64,000 nucleotides of DNA, taken from positions 56,484,001 to 56,548,000 of the forward strand of contig NC_058382.1 of NCBI RefSeq assembly GCF_018350175.1, read 5' to 3'. Origin of the DNA: Felis catus. Lineage: Eukaryota. The notes beneath the pieces were generated by a model. The model made no database searches, was not told where the DNA came from, and saw nothing but the letters and a program-made list of their open reading frames with translations. The position numbers and the translations under genes were made by a program. Below, piece after piece: positions 38,273 to 49,460 of the stretch. Position 1 is the first letter of the stretch, and each line of letters begins with the position of its first letter.

Positions 38273-39477
38273 AAAAAAGCTATTATTTCTATGAGAACTG
38301 ACTTTTTTCCTGATCAAATGTTCTAAAGGTTTTTTTTTTCGGGTAATCAGTGCTGCAAATCAAAAAAGAAATATACCTGCTTTGAGCTTCTCTTGCCTCA
38401 GTCCCAGTTGTAGGTCACAGGGCAGAGATCAAGTCTGAGGAATGAGAACTGGAACGCACCCCCACCAGCCACGCAGTCAGCCCCCCGCCACCGGTTGGAG
38501 CCCAGCAGGTGTCTGGCTTGGGACAGGAAAGCTGGAATTCACTGAACTGACTTGGCGATGCGAGGGTTTAGGAACTGTTGTGGAATAAGTCTGAGAAGAG
38601 AAAATATCCCAAGGCCAATATCTTAGTTTGAACTTGAAGTCTCTAGAAAGTACAAAGTTATGAAAGATATGCTAAAGGAAACAGAAGCCATACGACGCCA
38701 CCAGGTAATACTTTAACGAGAACTGAAGGTTAATGAAACATTTCACAGAGTTCATGGACACGGTGCGCGGAATGCATATGGAGGAAAATGGGAATTGAGG
38801 GGACTTGTGGATGGCTTACCTCATCGTTTCGAAAACTCGTCTGTAAAGGGCTGGGCCTGGAGTTGCACAAACAGGCATAGAACCCAGCGGAGCAAACTCC
38901 CCATTATTAACATGCTAATTTAGGTCAGGTCACCCGGAATTACCTTTCTAAAGTTGACTTTCTCTCACACCATTTGACAGAGTTGGCCAGAAAGCTCTCG
39001 GCAGTGTGTAATTTCACAGAATTAATTAGTAGCACAGCAAATTGATCACTTTGCAAGCATGTCACACATCATTCATTGGCAATGGAATTATTTAAATTGG
39101 CGTTGACTGCTCACAGAGACACCGCTCTTTTTTCTTCCAAAATGCCAAGGTATTAGAGAAGGAGATGACAAGCGTCATCTTGAAGCCAAAGTATAGGGTA
39201 ACTGAAATACGAAAGGAAAGGAAAATTGGTCTGGAACCCACTGGTCACAGGTGCCATAAACCCAAATACCCACAACTTAGGGAATCATTGCAGATGAGTG
39301 CAGGTTTACAAAAACCAAAGGGCAAGCGTGGCAATGACATGCTCACTCGGGCTTAGGTCTGGGGAGAAAATAAGGGGTTGTGGGGGCCAAGGGAAAATAC
39401 AGGACCGTTAAAATGAGAGTAACAGCCATTTTAGCAGATTGCCATGTGGGAATGACAGCCACAAGGCTGTTACAAGT

Positions 39478-39592
39478 TCGTTCTTCCTTTCTTTTTTTCT
39501 TTTCTCTTTTCTTTCTTCCTTTCTTTCTTTCTTTCTTTCTTTCTTTCTCTCTTTCTTCCTTTCTTTCGTTCTTTCTTTTGTCATTTTTTTTT
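39478..39592. repeat. (TTTC)n-rich microsatellite
   Basis: Seen directly. Confidence 0.9.
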
Positions 39593-39651
39593 AATCTGGG
39601 AAGCTAGAAGCTTACTCACTCCTGCTTTAAGACGTTAGCAAACGAGTTTTA

Positions 39652-39875
39652 TTTTTTTTTTTTATTTTTTTTCAATGTTTATTTATTTTTGGGACAGAGA
39701 GAGACAGAGCATGAACGGGCAAGGGGCAGAGAGAGAGGGAGACACAGAATCGGAAACAGGCTCCAGGCTCTGAGCCATCAGCCCAGAGCCCGACGCGGGG
39801 CTCGAATTCACGGACTGCGAGATCGTGACCTGGCTGAAGTCGGACGCTTAACCGACTGCGCCACCCAGGCGCCCC
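39652..39875 (-). mobile_element. Young Can-SINE (SINEC_Fc-type)
   Basis: Near consensus with CpGs intact. Short flanking repeat agtttta. Confidence 0.95.
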
Positions 39876-41468
39876 AAGTTTTAAAACATTCTAAGAACTA
39901 ACTCCATGCCGTATGTCAAGGCCAGACTGAGCCCGTAAGTCATCAGGATGTGGGAGCCTGGTTTAGGGGCCTCTGGGTCAGCTGTGCAAGGCAATCAGAG
40001 CAGGCAATTCAACGTGGCTAGTTGTGGAGAGGAAACTCACTTAGAGACAAAATAACCAGTCTCAGGAAAATAAGGGGCCATTCCCGGTCAGCCCAGAGAC
40101 CTGGGATAATTGAGGGGGCTCAGAAGCACCTGAGGAGCGAAACCAAGGGCTTTGGCTACCCACACGTTATGTCTGTCACGGAGATTAGAAATGAGATTAG
40201 CGCCTTTGACATTTCCAGGCCAGGGTCTCCCAAGAGCAGCCCTTCAGTGGTCTGGCATGAGCCCTTGCCACCTTCTTCGGAAATGGAAATGCATTGAGGC
40301 AGACAGCGGGCATCTTGCGAGGAGGCCTTTGCTTCCATAGGTACCGAGGCACCAGAAAGCATAAATGGTTCGGTAGCTTTAGGGTGCGTTGTGTCTAATT
40401 TCTCAAGAAAAGGAAGCACCAATGATTGTTCATTTGTCCATGGACTGATTCATTTCATTCATCTATTTCAACCACCAAGTATCGAGCCCCTAGTGCACGC
40501 CGGACTTTGAGGGGACAGAGAGGAGTATAAAACCAGTCCTTACACTCAATAGTTGGGGGGGTGGGCGGTGCACAGCAATGTATACCTGTAAGCAGTGCCC
40601 CAGGGTTCCCCAGGGGGTCTCTGCAGTGAGAAGTGGGCACCCGAGGGGGAATCAACCACGGGGGTGTCAAAAATCTGCCGGAGGACGCAATATCTAGATT
40701 TTCTTTTACTAATGTATTCATTTTTAAAAACTTCATCCAGCCTGTGATGCTACAGTCATTATAATGTCAGGACCGTCTCCTACTTACTTAGTACCTACAG
40801 GTTATAATTAATCACTGATATTCATAACAATGATTCCTAGGCCCTCGGGAGTTTAGAACTGCTTTCTGAATTTTCAGAGAAGGATTACACTTTGTTTAAT
40901 TTAGTTGGCATTGAGTGTTTACCCTTGAGTTTCAATTCTCGGAAACCTGGCATCCATGCAGAATGTACTGCTCTGCGCTGGAAGATATTGTCTATCCGTT
41001 TATCTCATTTGTCCCCATGAAGGAGGTTGGTCACGTGTTGCTATTGATATTTTGTAATCGAGAGAATGGGGGCGATGGTTAGCTGAGGGTCCCACACCAG
41101 CTACAGCCGTGACAGATCCAGGATTAAAACCGAAATCTCCTACTCTCAACCTCTGGTTCCAAAGCTCAGAATTAAGTGGAACATACCATTCTCTAAGTGT
41201 TCCAGATAAACGCCAGTGTTTCTCGCCATTATTCCGTAGAGGAAATCATCCCATCATCTTTCTCCTGGACCCCTTCAGTAGATTCTCAACTACGCTGTCT
41301 GTTGCCCTCTTATTCCTTTTCAGTCCGTCTTCCGCATGTTTTCCAGAATGATCTTTTTAAAATTCACATTGGAGTTATTCCCTCACACCACACACCATCT
41401 CCTACCTCCTAACCCATAAAGAGGTTTCATTTTTAGTTGCTTTACTGAGATGTAAATCATATACTATA

Positions 41469-42012
41469 TGCTGAGAGTTTAGCTCAATGACTGGTGTCAC
41501 TGCCTTGATGCCCATTTCTCTTAGCCTAGCAGCCTGCGGCAGTCCCTCAGCCCACCCAACCCCTCACACACGCTTAGGTCCTAGGGAACAGCCCACAGGG
41601 CCACATGCAAAGGTCAGTTCCTGCTGTGGCTTCCCAATAGCGCTGGTGACCAATAGTCCCTCTGCTTCCCAGGGTCTTCCCCTGGAACAGCTCTTAGATA
41701 AGAACATTGTGAAGTTTCCAAAACTCTGTTCTTCTGGTTTGAGTAGACCAACCTGGCTTTAGCCCAGGATCCCCAAGGCACTGCACCCACAGACCTAATA
41801 AAGGAACGTACCCCAGGTCCTATCACACTTTCCATACACTCTGTCCTGATCCCCCTATGCGGCCCTTCAGGGTGTGCCCTGCCCCTGCTCCAGGACTGGT
41901 GGGTAATAAGTTTCTCTGTTCCAGTTTCTGTCATGGTCTATGCTGAATTGCAGCTCACCTTCTGGCCCCCTGTGCTCCACTTTACAAATGTGAATTTAAT
42001 AAAGTCCTAACA
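41469..42012 (+). mobile_element. ERV solo LTR (ERVL class, possibly MER74-like)
   Basis: Starts TG and ends ...aataaagtcctaaCA. Decayed 5-bp TSD ctata / ccaca. Interrupts the L1MB. Confidence 0.65.
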
Positions 42013-42042
42013 CCACACAAATCACTCATTTAAAGTATACAA

Positions 42043-43150
42043 AGGCAATTTCTTACTTGACACATCTCCAAAGGCAAGGGAATTAAAAGCAAAAGTGAAC
42101 TATTGGGACCTCATCAAGATAAAAAGCTTCTGCACAGGAAAGGAAACAATCGACCAAACTAAAAGGCAACCGATGGAATGGGAAAAGATATTTGCAAATG
42201 ACATATCAGACAAAGGGCTAGTATCCAAAATCTATAAAGAACTCACCAAACTCCACACCCGAAAAATAAATAATCCAGTGAAGAAATGGGCAGAAGACAT
42301 GAATAGACACTTTTCTAAAGAAGATATCCAGATGGCCAACAGACACATGAAAAGATGCTCAACGTCACTCCTCATCAGGGAAATACAAATCAAAACCACA
42401 CTGAGATAGCACCTCACGCCGGTCAGAGTGGCTAAAATGAGCAAATCAGGAGACTACGGATGCTGGCGAGGATGTGGAGAAACAGGAACCCTCTTGCTCT
42501 GATGGTGGGAATGCAAACTGGTGCAGCCACTCTGGAAAACAGTGTGGAGGTTCCTCAAAAAATTAAAAATGGATCCACCCTATGACCCAGCAATAGCACT
42601 CCTAGGAATTTACCCAAGGGATACAGGAGTGCTGATGCATAGGGGCACATGTACCCCAATGTTTATAGCAGCACTTTCAACAATAGCCAAGTTTTATGGA
42701 TAGAGCCTAAATATCCATCAACTGACGAATGGATAAAGAAGATGTGGTTTATCTATACAATGGAATACTACTTGGCAATGAGAAAGAATGAAAGCTGGCC
42801 ATTTGTAGCAACGTGGATGGAACTGGAAGGTATTATGCTAAGTGAAATAAGTCAAGCAGAAAAAGACAGACACCATATGTTTTCACTCATTTGTGGGTCC
42901 TTAGAAACTTAACAGAGAACCATGGGGGAGGGGATGGGGGAAAAAAAAGTTCCAGAGAGGGAGGGAGGCAAACCATAAGAGACTTTAAATACTGAGAACA
43001 AACTGAGGGTTGATGGGGGGTGGGAGGGAGGGGAAAGTGGGCGATGGGCATAGAGGAGGGCACCTGTTGGGATGAGCACTGGGTGTTGTATGGAAACCAA
43101 TCTGACGACAAATTATATTTAATATAATAAAGAATAAATAAATAAATAAA
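42043..43150 (+). mobile_element. 5'-truncated felid L1 (~1.1 kb: ORF2 C-terminus, 3'UTR, poly-A)
   Basis: Translations [12 protein letters not shown]...[59 protein letters not shown] match the L1 ORF2p C-terminus. Premature TAG at 42407-42409 and a frame switch near 42690. G-rich 3'UTR, (AATA)n tail, TSD taaagtatacaa at 42031-42042 and 43151-43162. Confidence 0.97.
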
Positions 43151-43166
43151 TAAAGTATACAATTCA

Positions 43167-43377
43167 GGGGGACCTGGGTGGCTTCCGTTGGTTGAGTGTC
43201 CGCCTCTTGATTTCGGCTCAGGTCATGATCTCATAGGTCCTGAGATCGAGCCCCATGTCAGGCTCCGTGCTGACCATGCAGAGCCTGCTTGGGATTCCCT
43301 CTGTCCCTCTCTCTCTCTGCCCCTCTCCCCTACTCATGTTCTCTCTCTCAAAATAAATAAATAAACATTAAATAAGC
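43167..43377 (+). mobile_element. Can-SINE
   Basis: TSD aaagtatacaatt at 43152-43164 and 43378-43390. Confidence 0.93.
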
Positions 43378-44208
43378 AAAGTATACAATTTGATGGTTTT
43401 TAGTGTATTCAGAGTTGTACAACCGTCACCACTATCAATTCTAGAACATGTTCGTCTCCTCGAAAGAAACCTTGTTCCCGTTAGCTATCATCCTCTATTC
43501 TCTTCACCGTCCCCAACCCTAGGCAACTAGGGTTGCCTATCTTCCAGTCTACTTTCTGCCTCTGTGGATTTGCCGAAGTTGAACATTTCATATAAATGGA
43601 ATCACATACCATGCAGCCTTTTGTGTCTGGCTTTTTTCACTTAGCGTGTGTTCAAAGTTCATCCATGTTGTGATGGGGTGCCCAGGCTTCCTTCCTTATT
43701 TTGGTTGAATAATATCCCATTGTGTGTGTCCAGTCACTGTTGATGGGCATGTGGGTTGTGTCCCGCTTTGGGCTCATACAAATAATGCTACTGTGACAGG
43801 CCTGTTTTTGTGGACCTGTGTTTCATTTCTCTTGGGTGTATGAGTAGGAGTGGCCTTACTGGGTCATATGGTAAGTCTATACTTAAGTCTTTGAGGAACT
43901 TCCAAACTGTTTTCCCAAGTGGCTCCATGAGAGAGTTTCAGTCGTGTTAAGCTGCCCTCAGAAAAGAGGCCAAAAGGTTAAACCTTGTCTGCAAGCCCCT
44001 CTGACCTGGCCCTGCCATCTCTTCACTGCCCCCCCTTCTCTCATTCCTTCCCTCCCTCTGGCTTCTGGGCAGGTTTTCTGTGGCCACTTTGCTTCCTCTT
44101 CTGTGGGCCTCCCATCAGAGAGGCCTTCTCACGACAGGCCCCACCCACAGTCTATATGCAATCTCCTTACTATGTCATTCCTTGCTTAATGATGAATTAT
44201 AGGCTGCT

Positions 44209-44415
44209 GGGGCACCTGGGAAGCTCAGTCAGTTAAGTGTCCGACATCGGCTCAGGTCATGATGTCACAGTCAGTGAGTTCCAGACCCGTGTCGGACTCT
44301 GTGCTGATAGGTTGGAGCCGGGAGCCTGCCTCGGATTCTGTGTCTCCCTCTCTCTCTGCCCCTCTCCCACTCACGCTCTCTCTCAAAAATAAATAAACCT
44401 TAAAAAATTAAAAAT
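44209..44415 (+). mobile_element. Can-SINE
   Basis: ggggcacctgggaagctcagtcagttaagtgtccgac head, (CT)n, aaataaa tail. Confidence 0.93.
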
Positions 44416-44707
44416 AGTAATTATTATTATTTATATGATGTTTATTTAATCCAACTAAATGGTGGCTATAAATGAGCCTTAAAAATCCAATGGCGGTATT
44501 TTTTAACTATTATAAATCAAGGATCTTGTGCAAAACCAAAGCATGATGGGGCATAGAATGTATTTGTTGAATGAATTCATAACCACAAGAGAGAGAGTTT
44601 AGCTAGAGACTTCATGCTGTCCAGATGGGTCTGTAATCTACATCAAAACTTTCATTTCTCCCTGGGTATTTTCCGGGTTCTTCCTTTTGTGCCAAATGTT
44701 CTAAAAT

Positions 44708-44930
44708 AGGCATACAAAAAAGTTTTTCTCTCAAGGGCCAGATAATCAATACTTCCGGCTTTGTGAGCCATGGACACTGTTTGCAGCTACTCGATTCTGC
44801 TGGTCTATTCTAGTGAAAAAGCAGCCTCAGACAACAGGTCAGTGAGTGAGGGTGGCCCTGTTCCGTTATTTCATTTACAGAAACAGACAGCAGGCTGGAT
44901 TTGAGCTGGAATTACTAACATTTGATTCTC
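44708..44930 (+). mobile_element. MER58-like hAT-Charlie element
   Basis: aagggccagataatcaatacttccggctttgtgagcca...gcagctactcgattctgc...gaaaaagcagcctcagaca...acagcaggctggatttg. Confidence 0.7.
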
Positions 44931-46129
44931 TTTGAGCTTACCAAATTTTCAGCTTCGTGAGGTCCAGCCTAACAAAACTTATCAGAGAAGGGCACTGTCA
45001 GATGAATTCGGGTTCCTTAGCATGTGCCCCATACACAGCGCGGACATGCTTTCTGGGCCATTTGCTGCACGGTCTGGGTGGGTGGGTAGATCTGTAATCC
45101 CAGGTCGTCTCCAGTTCGCCCAGAAACATGCAGAAAGGGACGTCATGAGCAAAGTGACGAGTGACACTGGCATCTTCATTCCGGGCTGGCCAGGATACTG
45201 GAGGAAGCTGGTGGCACCGAACCGGGGGAGTCTGGGTGGTCCGGAATGGAGCCCGACACAGGCTGGTTGTCATGTGGACTGTCCGTACTCTGAAGCACAG
45301 AACCTGTGTACCACGCTGGGGGCGTCTGGTCAAACGGAGGGAAAAAAATGGAGCAGTCAGAGGAGAAATCCAGAAGAATCTAACAGAATGGATCTGATCG
45401 TGACACGGTCATGTGTGGCTGTGTGAGGCATTTTGGTGCACAAGTAAAAAAATCCGAGAAGAGATGCTGACCTCGGGGCATAAGCATGGTAAAGAGGGAT
45501 TTTTGTGAGAAATAGAAGTCAATTCTCGTAGCTTGCACTGCCTCGCTTATGAAGGCAGGGACAGATGGGCTCACTTTGGCGAGCTAGAATTCGTATCAAG
45601 TTCTACTTGCTTTAATTTCTTTCATTTAAATATGCTTATTAGTAATATGTGTATCAGAACCAAATAATTTTCTATCAGTCATCGCCAAACAACGAATAAT
45701 CCCATGTAAAATATGTTTGCCCACACTTTAGAGAGTTATGGCAACTTTGCGGATCGTGGCTTCTTCCTCTGGAATAGGCAGAAAATGCTACGGTTGAATT
45801 CTCAATACATTGCCTCTTAGCTGGGCTCACCCTCAGGGAATTCTCAAATGACAAGTGTCACCTCTTTCTTGTCTATTGATCTGTCCTCTGGAGAAAAAGA
45901 GACTTCCTTATAAACGCAAAGCCCTTAGCTCATCCATTGTTCATTTGTTACATTTATTGAAAACCTGCTCTATGGAAGACAGTGTTTCACTGTGCTGTGG
46001 GGACCAGGCAGGCAAATCTCCCTGTCCTCGTGAGCTTACATCCCACGCGTCTCACATGTTCTGTGTCTTCCATGAGCTGTCATTCTGGCAACTGTTGAAG
46101 AAGTATCTGCGTCATAGGCCTGTGACAGC

Positions 46130-46950
46130 AAGAGCTGGGGAAACAGCGTAGGGATTGGGATGAGCACTGATTGAAGAGTGACTGTACTTGATCAAAGAGT
46201 TAAGGGAGGCCTCTGTTTTGAGGAAAGACATGAGTGGAAGGAGGGGCAGGCCACAAAAACTCCTTGGCAAGGGTGTTCTAGGTGAGGGAACAGTGTCTTC
46301 AGGGACCGTGGAATGGAAATTAAGTTAGCTGGCTTGAGAAACACCAAGGAGCGTGTGGCCAGAATGGAAGGATTCCGGGAGAATGATGGCAGATGGGGCC
46401 AAGGATACTCCACGGTCCATGTCAGGGCTGTGTGGGCTGCAGGGAGGACTTAGGACACAAGTCACGTGGGCTGATTGGGGAGCAGAACGGTGAAAGGTCC
46501 CATCTGGGTTTTTTGGATTGTTGAATCTTTATTTATTCTTGAGAGAGAGAGAGAGAGAGACAGAGTGTGAGTGGGGGAGGAGCAGAGAGAGGGAGACACA
46601 GAACCCAAAGCAGGCTCCAGGCTCTGAGCTGTCAGCACAGAGCCCGATGCGGGGCTCAAACTCACAAACCACCAGATCATGACCTGAGCCGAAGCCAGAT
46701 GCTTAATCGACTGAGCCACCCAGGCGCACCATCCCATCTGCTTTTTCAAAGGTCGCCAGGAACGCTGTGTGGCGAATAGTGACGGTAAGGAAGCATAGGA
46801 GCAGAGAATGCAATTAAGAGATGCTCGCGATACTGCGGCGAGGGGGACTTAGCCCTGCGGTGGCCCCAGCCACCAACAGCTGGTGAGAGATGGCCGGACA
46901 CAGGGTGGACGAGGTACGGCTCACAGGGCCAGCGGATGGACTGGACGGAG
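46130..46950 (-). mobile_element. L2 fragment interrupted by a SINE
   Basis: agggaggcctctgttttgagg...gggtgttctaggtgagggaacagtgtc...gagaaacaccaaggagcgtgtggccaga L2 pattern. Confidence 0.6.
46510..46730 (-). mobile_element. Can-SINE
   Basis: Reverse-complement SINE with (GA)n. Flanks share tcccatctg. Confidence 0.93.
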
Positions 46951-47274
46951 CGGAGAGGACTGGGCATCAGCTGGTGAGCCCCACGCTTCTTCAACTCAGT
47001 AGCTGCACCGCCACTCACGTAGGAGCTAATGTCGATCCCTCTGTTGCAAAGAGAGACAGTGAATGCTTAAGGAAACAATGTGGACGGGCAAGGGGGGTGA
47101 CTCGGCGACGCGCTGGCACTGGGGGAAGTCAGCCGGTCCTGATTATTTGTGTAGTTCATTACCCTACATGTCTTACGCGCCATGTCTTAAGGCTGCTGAG
47201 CACCTACAGAATCCCTGGGGTCGGACCTTGGGACTCTGCCTTACTCAAGTTGCCAGGTGATTCCCATGCAAATT

Positions 47275-48035
47275 AGTTTTCTTTTTTACTGTGATAAAAC
47301 AGCACATTATGAAAAATTTCCATCTTAACCACTTCTAAGCGTACAGTTCAGTGATGATAATGATATTCACATTGTTGTGAAACAAATCTCCGGAACTTTT
47401 TCTTCTTGCAAATCTGAAACTCTATGCCAATTAAATAACAGCTCCCTCTTCCCTCTCCCCTCACCCCCGATAGCCGCCATTGTCTGTGTCTATGAATCTG
47501 ACTACTGTAGATATTTCCTATAGGAGGAATCACGGAGTAGCTGTCATTTTGCGACTGGCCTGTTTCAGCGTAATGTCTTCCTGGTTCAGGCCGTAGCAGG
47601 TGGGGCATGTGGCCAGAGTCCTTTTCTTTTTAAGGCTATATAACATTCTATCATGTATATCTTTTTTTTTTAATTTTTTTTTTCAACGTTTATTTATTTT
47701 TCGGACAGAGAGAGACAGAGCATGAACGGGGGAGGGGCAGAGAGAGAGGGAGACACAGAATCGGAAACAGGCTCCAGGCTCCGAGCCATCAGCCCAGAGC
47801 CCGACACGGGGCTCGAACTCACGGACCGCGAGATCGTGACCTGGCTGAAGTCGGATGCTTAACCGACTGCGCCACCCAGGCGCCCCCATCATGTATATCT
47901 TTGTAGCACATTTCGCTTATCCATTCATCCACTGATGGACATGTGGGTTGCTTCTGCCTCTTGGCTGTTGGGATAATGCTGCAGTGATCATGGGTGTGCA
48001 TATCCCTCTCCAAGGCCCTGTTTGCAATTCCTTCA
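47275..48035 (-). mobile_element. L1MB-type 3' region interrupted by a SINE
   Basis: catcttaaccacttctaagcgtacagttcagtg...cttgcaaatctgaaactctat...atccattcatccactgatggacatgtgggttgcttctgcctcttggctgttg. Confidence 0.85.
47665..47887 (-). mobile_element. Young Can-SINE (SINEC_Fc-type)
   Basis: Perfect TSD atcatgtatatcttt at 47650-47664 and 47888-47902. Confidence 0.95.
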
Positions 48036-48037
48036 TG

Positions 48038-48048
48038 TATATATACAC

Positions 48049-48106
<58 letters not shown>
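48038..48106. repeat. (TA)n microsatellite
   Basis: Seen directly. Confidence 0.95.
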
Positions 48107-48209
48107 GGCGTTGTTCTTCCATACAAAAGACACTTGTAGAAGTGCAACTCTTGTGTCTCTTGATTGTGGTGGTGCATGTAGGTGGAGAACTAAGTACACA
48201 GGTATGTGT

Positions 48210-48383
48210 GCATGTACACACACATACAAGTAGAAATAAAACTGAGCAAATCTAGGATCCAGGACTGTATTGAGGCCATTGTTCTGCTTGTATGACTGTG
48301 GTTTGTAAGAGGTAACCGTTGGGGGGACACTGGCCAAAGAGTGCATGGTACCTCTCTGTGCTATTTCTTCCACCTTCAGGAGA
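48210..48383 (+). mobile_element. L1MD-type 3' fragment
   Basis: ttgtaagaggtaaccgttggggggacactggccaaagagtgcatggtacctctctgtgctatttctt. Confidence 0.6.
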
Positions 48384-48391
48384 ATAAAATT

Positions 48392-48464
48392 TTTTTTTAA
48401 TTTTATTTTTATTTTTATTTATTTATTTGTTTATTTCATATGAAATTTATTGTCAAATTGGTTT
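48392..48464 (-). mobile_element. Extremely 5'-truncated felid L1 (3' tip plus poly-A)
   Basis: Reverse complement aaaccaatttgacaataaatttcatatg plus A-rich tail resembles the L1 end at ~43095-43150. TSD ataaaatt at 48384-48391 and 48465-48472. Confidence 0.8.
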
Positions 48465-48474
48465 ATAAAATTCA

Positions 48475-48605
48475 GGGGCGCGTGTTCATAGGTTCGAGCC
48501 CTGCGTCAGGTTCCGTGCTGACAGCTCAGGGCCTGGAGCCTGCTTTGGATTCTGTCTCCCCCTCTGCCCCTCCCGTATGTCTCTCGAAAAACAAAATGAA
48601 ACATA
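48475..48605 (+). mobile_element. Can-SINE with 5' internal deletion (A-box region missing)
   Basis: ggggcgc joined almost directly to gttcataggttcgagccctgcgtcagg. Confidence 0.85.
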
Positions 48606-49044
48606 TATATTTTTTCTTCAATTTCAAAAACAAAGCACTGCCCCCGCTGGTAAAGGCACAAGTGGAGGGGCACAGAGTACTGTGCTTTGTTCCAAAGGAG
48701 GAACCAGAGCAGGATTAGAGGCAGACCCACAGTGCTAAGTAGACCAAGGGCATGGGTGGCCCAAAGCCCAGAGAGCAGGACCAGTGTAGCAGGGATGAGG
48801 AGTTGGACATTTGGCGAGAGCCAGGAAGATGACGAGGTCATCTCAGAGCTGAGTCCCCACAGTGTGGGCCTGGAGCTGGGCACTGACACCTTCCTTGGAC
48901 CACACTGGTTCTGGGAACAGGGTGAGAGTGAGGCAGGAAGGAGAGACCGTGACCTTGGCCACATCCACTCCTCACATGGAGCTCCAAACGGGGGACTTGG
49001 CACCCAAAAGCATAGGTATCTTCTTGATTCTAAATGAGCCTCAG

Positions 49045-49233
49045 AGGTGCCTGGGCAGCTCAGTCACTTGAGCGTCTGACTTTGGCTCAGGTCGTGATCT
49101 CAAGGTTTGTGAGTTCGAGCCCCATATCAGGTTCTCTGCTGTCAATGCAAAGCACTCTCGGATCCTCTGCCCCCACCCCCTACCCCTCCCCAACTTGCGC
49201 TCGCTCAAAAATAAATAAACATTCAAAAAATAA
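49045..49233 (+). mobile_element. Can-SINE (outer element of a dimer)
   Basis: TSD aaatgagcctcag (49032-49044) / aaatgagccgcag (49479-49491) encloses this and the next SINE. Confidence 0.9.
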
Positions 49234-49460
49234 GGGGTGCCTGAGTGGCTCTGTCGGTTGAGTGCCTGACTCTTGGTTTAGGCTCAGGTCATGATCTGGG
49301 TCATGATCTGGATCATTATCTCACAGTTTGTGAGATCAAGCCCCAAGTCAGGCTCTGTGCTAACAGTGTGGGGCCTGCTTGGGATTTTCTGTCTCTCCCT
49401 CTTTCTCTGCCCCTCCCCTGCTTGGTTTCTCTCTCTCAAAAATAAATAAACTTAAAAAAA
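49234..49460 (+). mobile_element. Can-SINE in the A-tail of the previous SINE
   Basis: ggggtgcctgagtggctc head. Internal 12-bp triplication. Confidence 0.9.

Larger units (their letters stand above)
41430..43930 (-). mobile_element. Old L1MB-type 3' region split by three later insertions
   Basis: gctttactgagatgtaaatcatatac | cacaaatcactcatttaaagtatacaa | tttgatggtttttagtgtattcagagttgtacaaccgtcacc... reads as a continuous L1MB 3' end once the inserts are removed. Confidence 0.8.

Noticed and set aside
42095..42912. ORFs with L1 ORF2p similarity as a possible functional gene
   Set aside because: 5'-truncated L1 with a premature stop and a frame switch. The endonuclease and RT domains are absent.
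44932..45426. 164-aa ORF in a somewhat CpG-rich stretch
   Set aside because: Starts at TTG, has no recognisable domain or splice context, and is a length expected by chance in 64 kb.
47819..48373. 184-aa ORF with YIYIYI run
   Set aside because: Read-through of a (TA)n microsatellite plus L1 and SINE sequence.
48506..49003. 165-aa minus-strand ORF
   Set aside because: No recognisable homology, and it ends inside a SINE.
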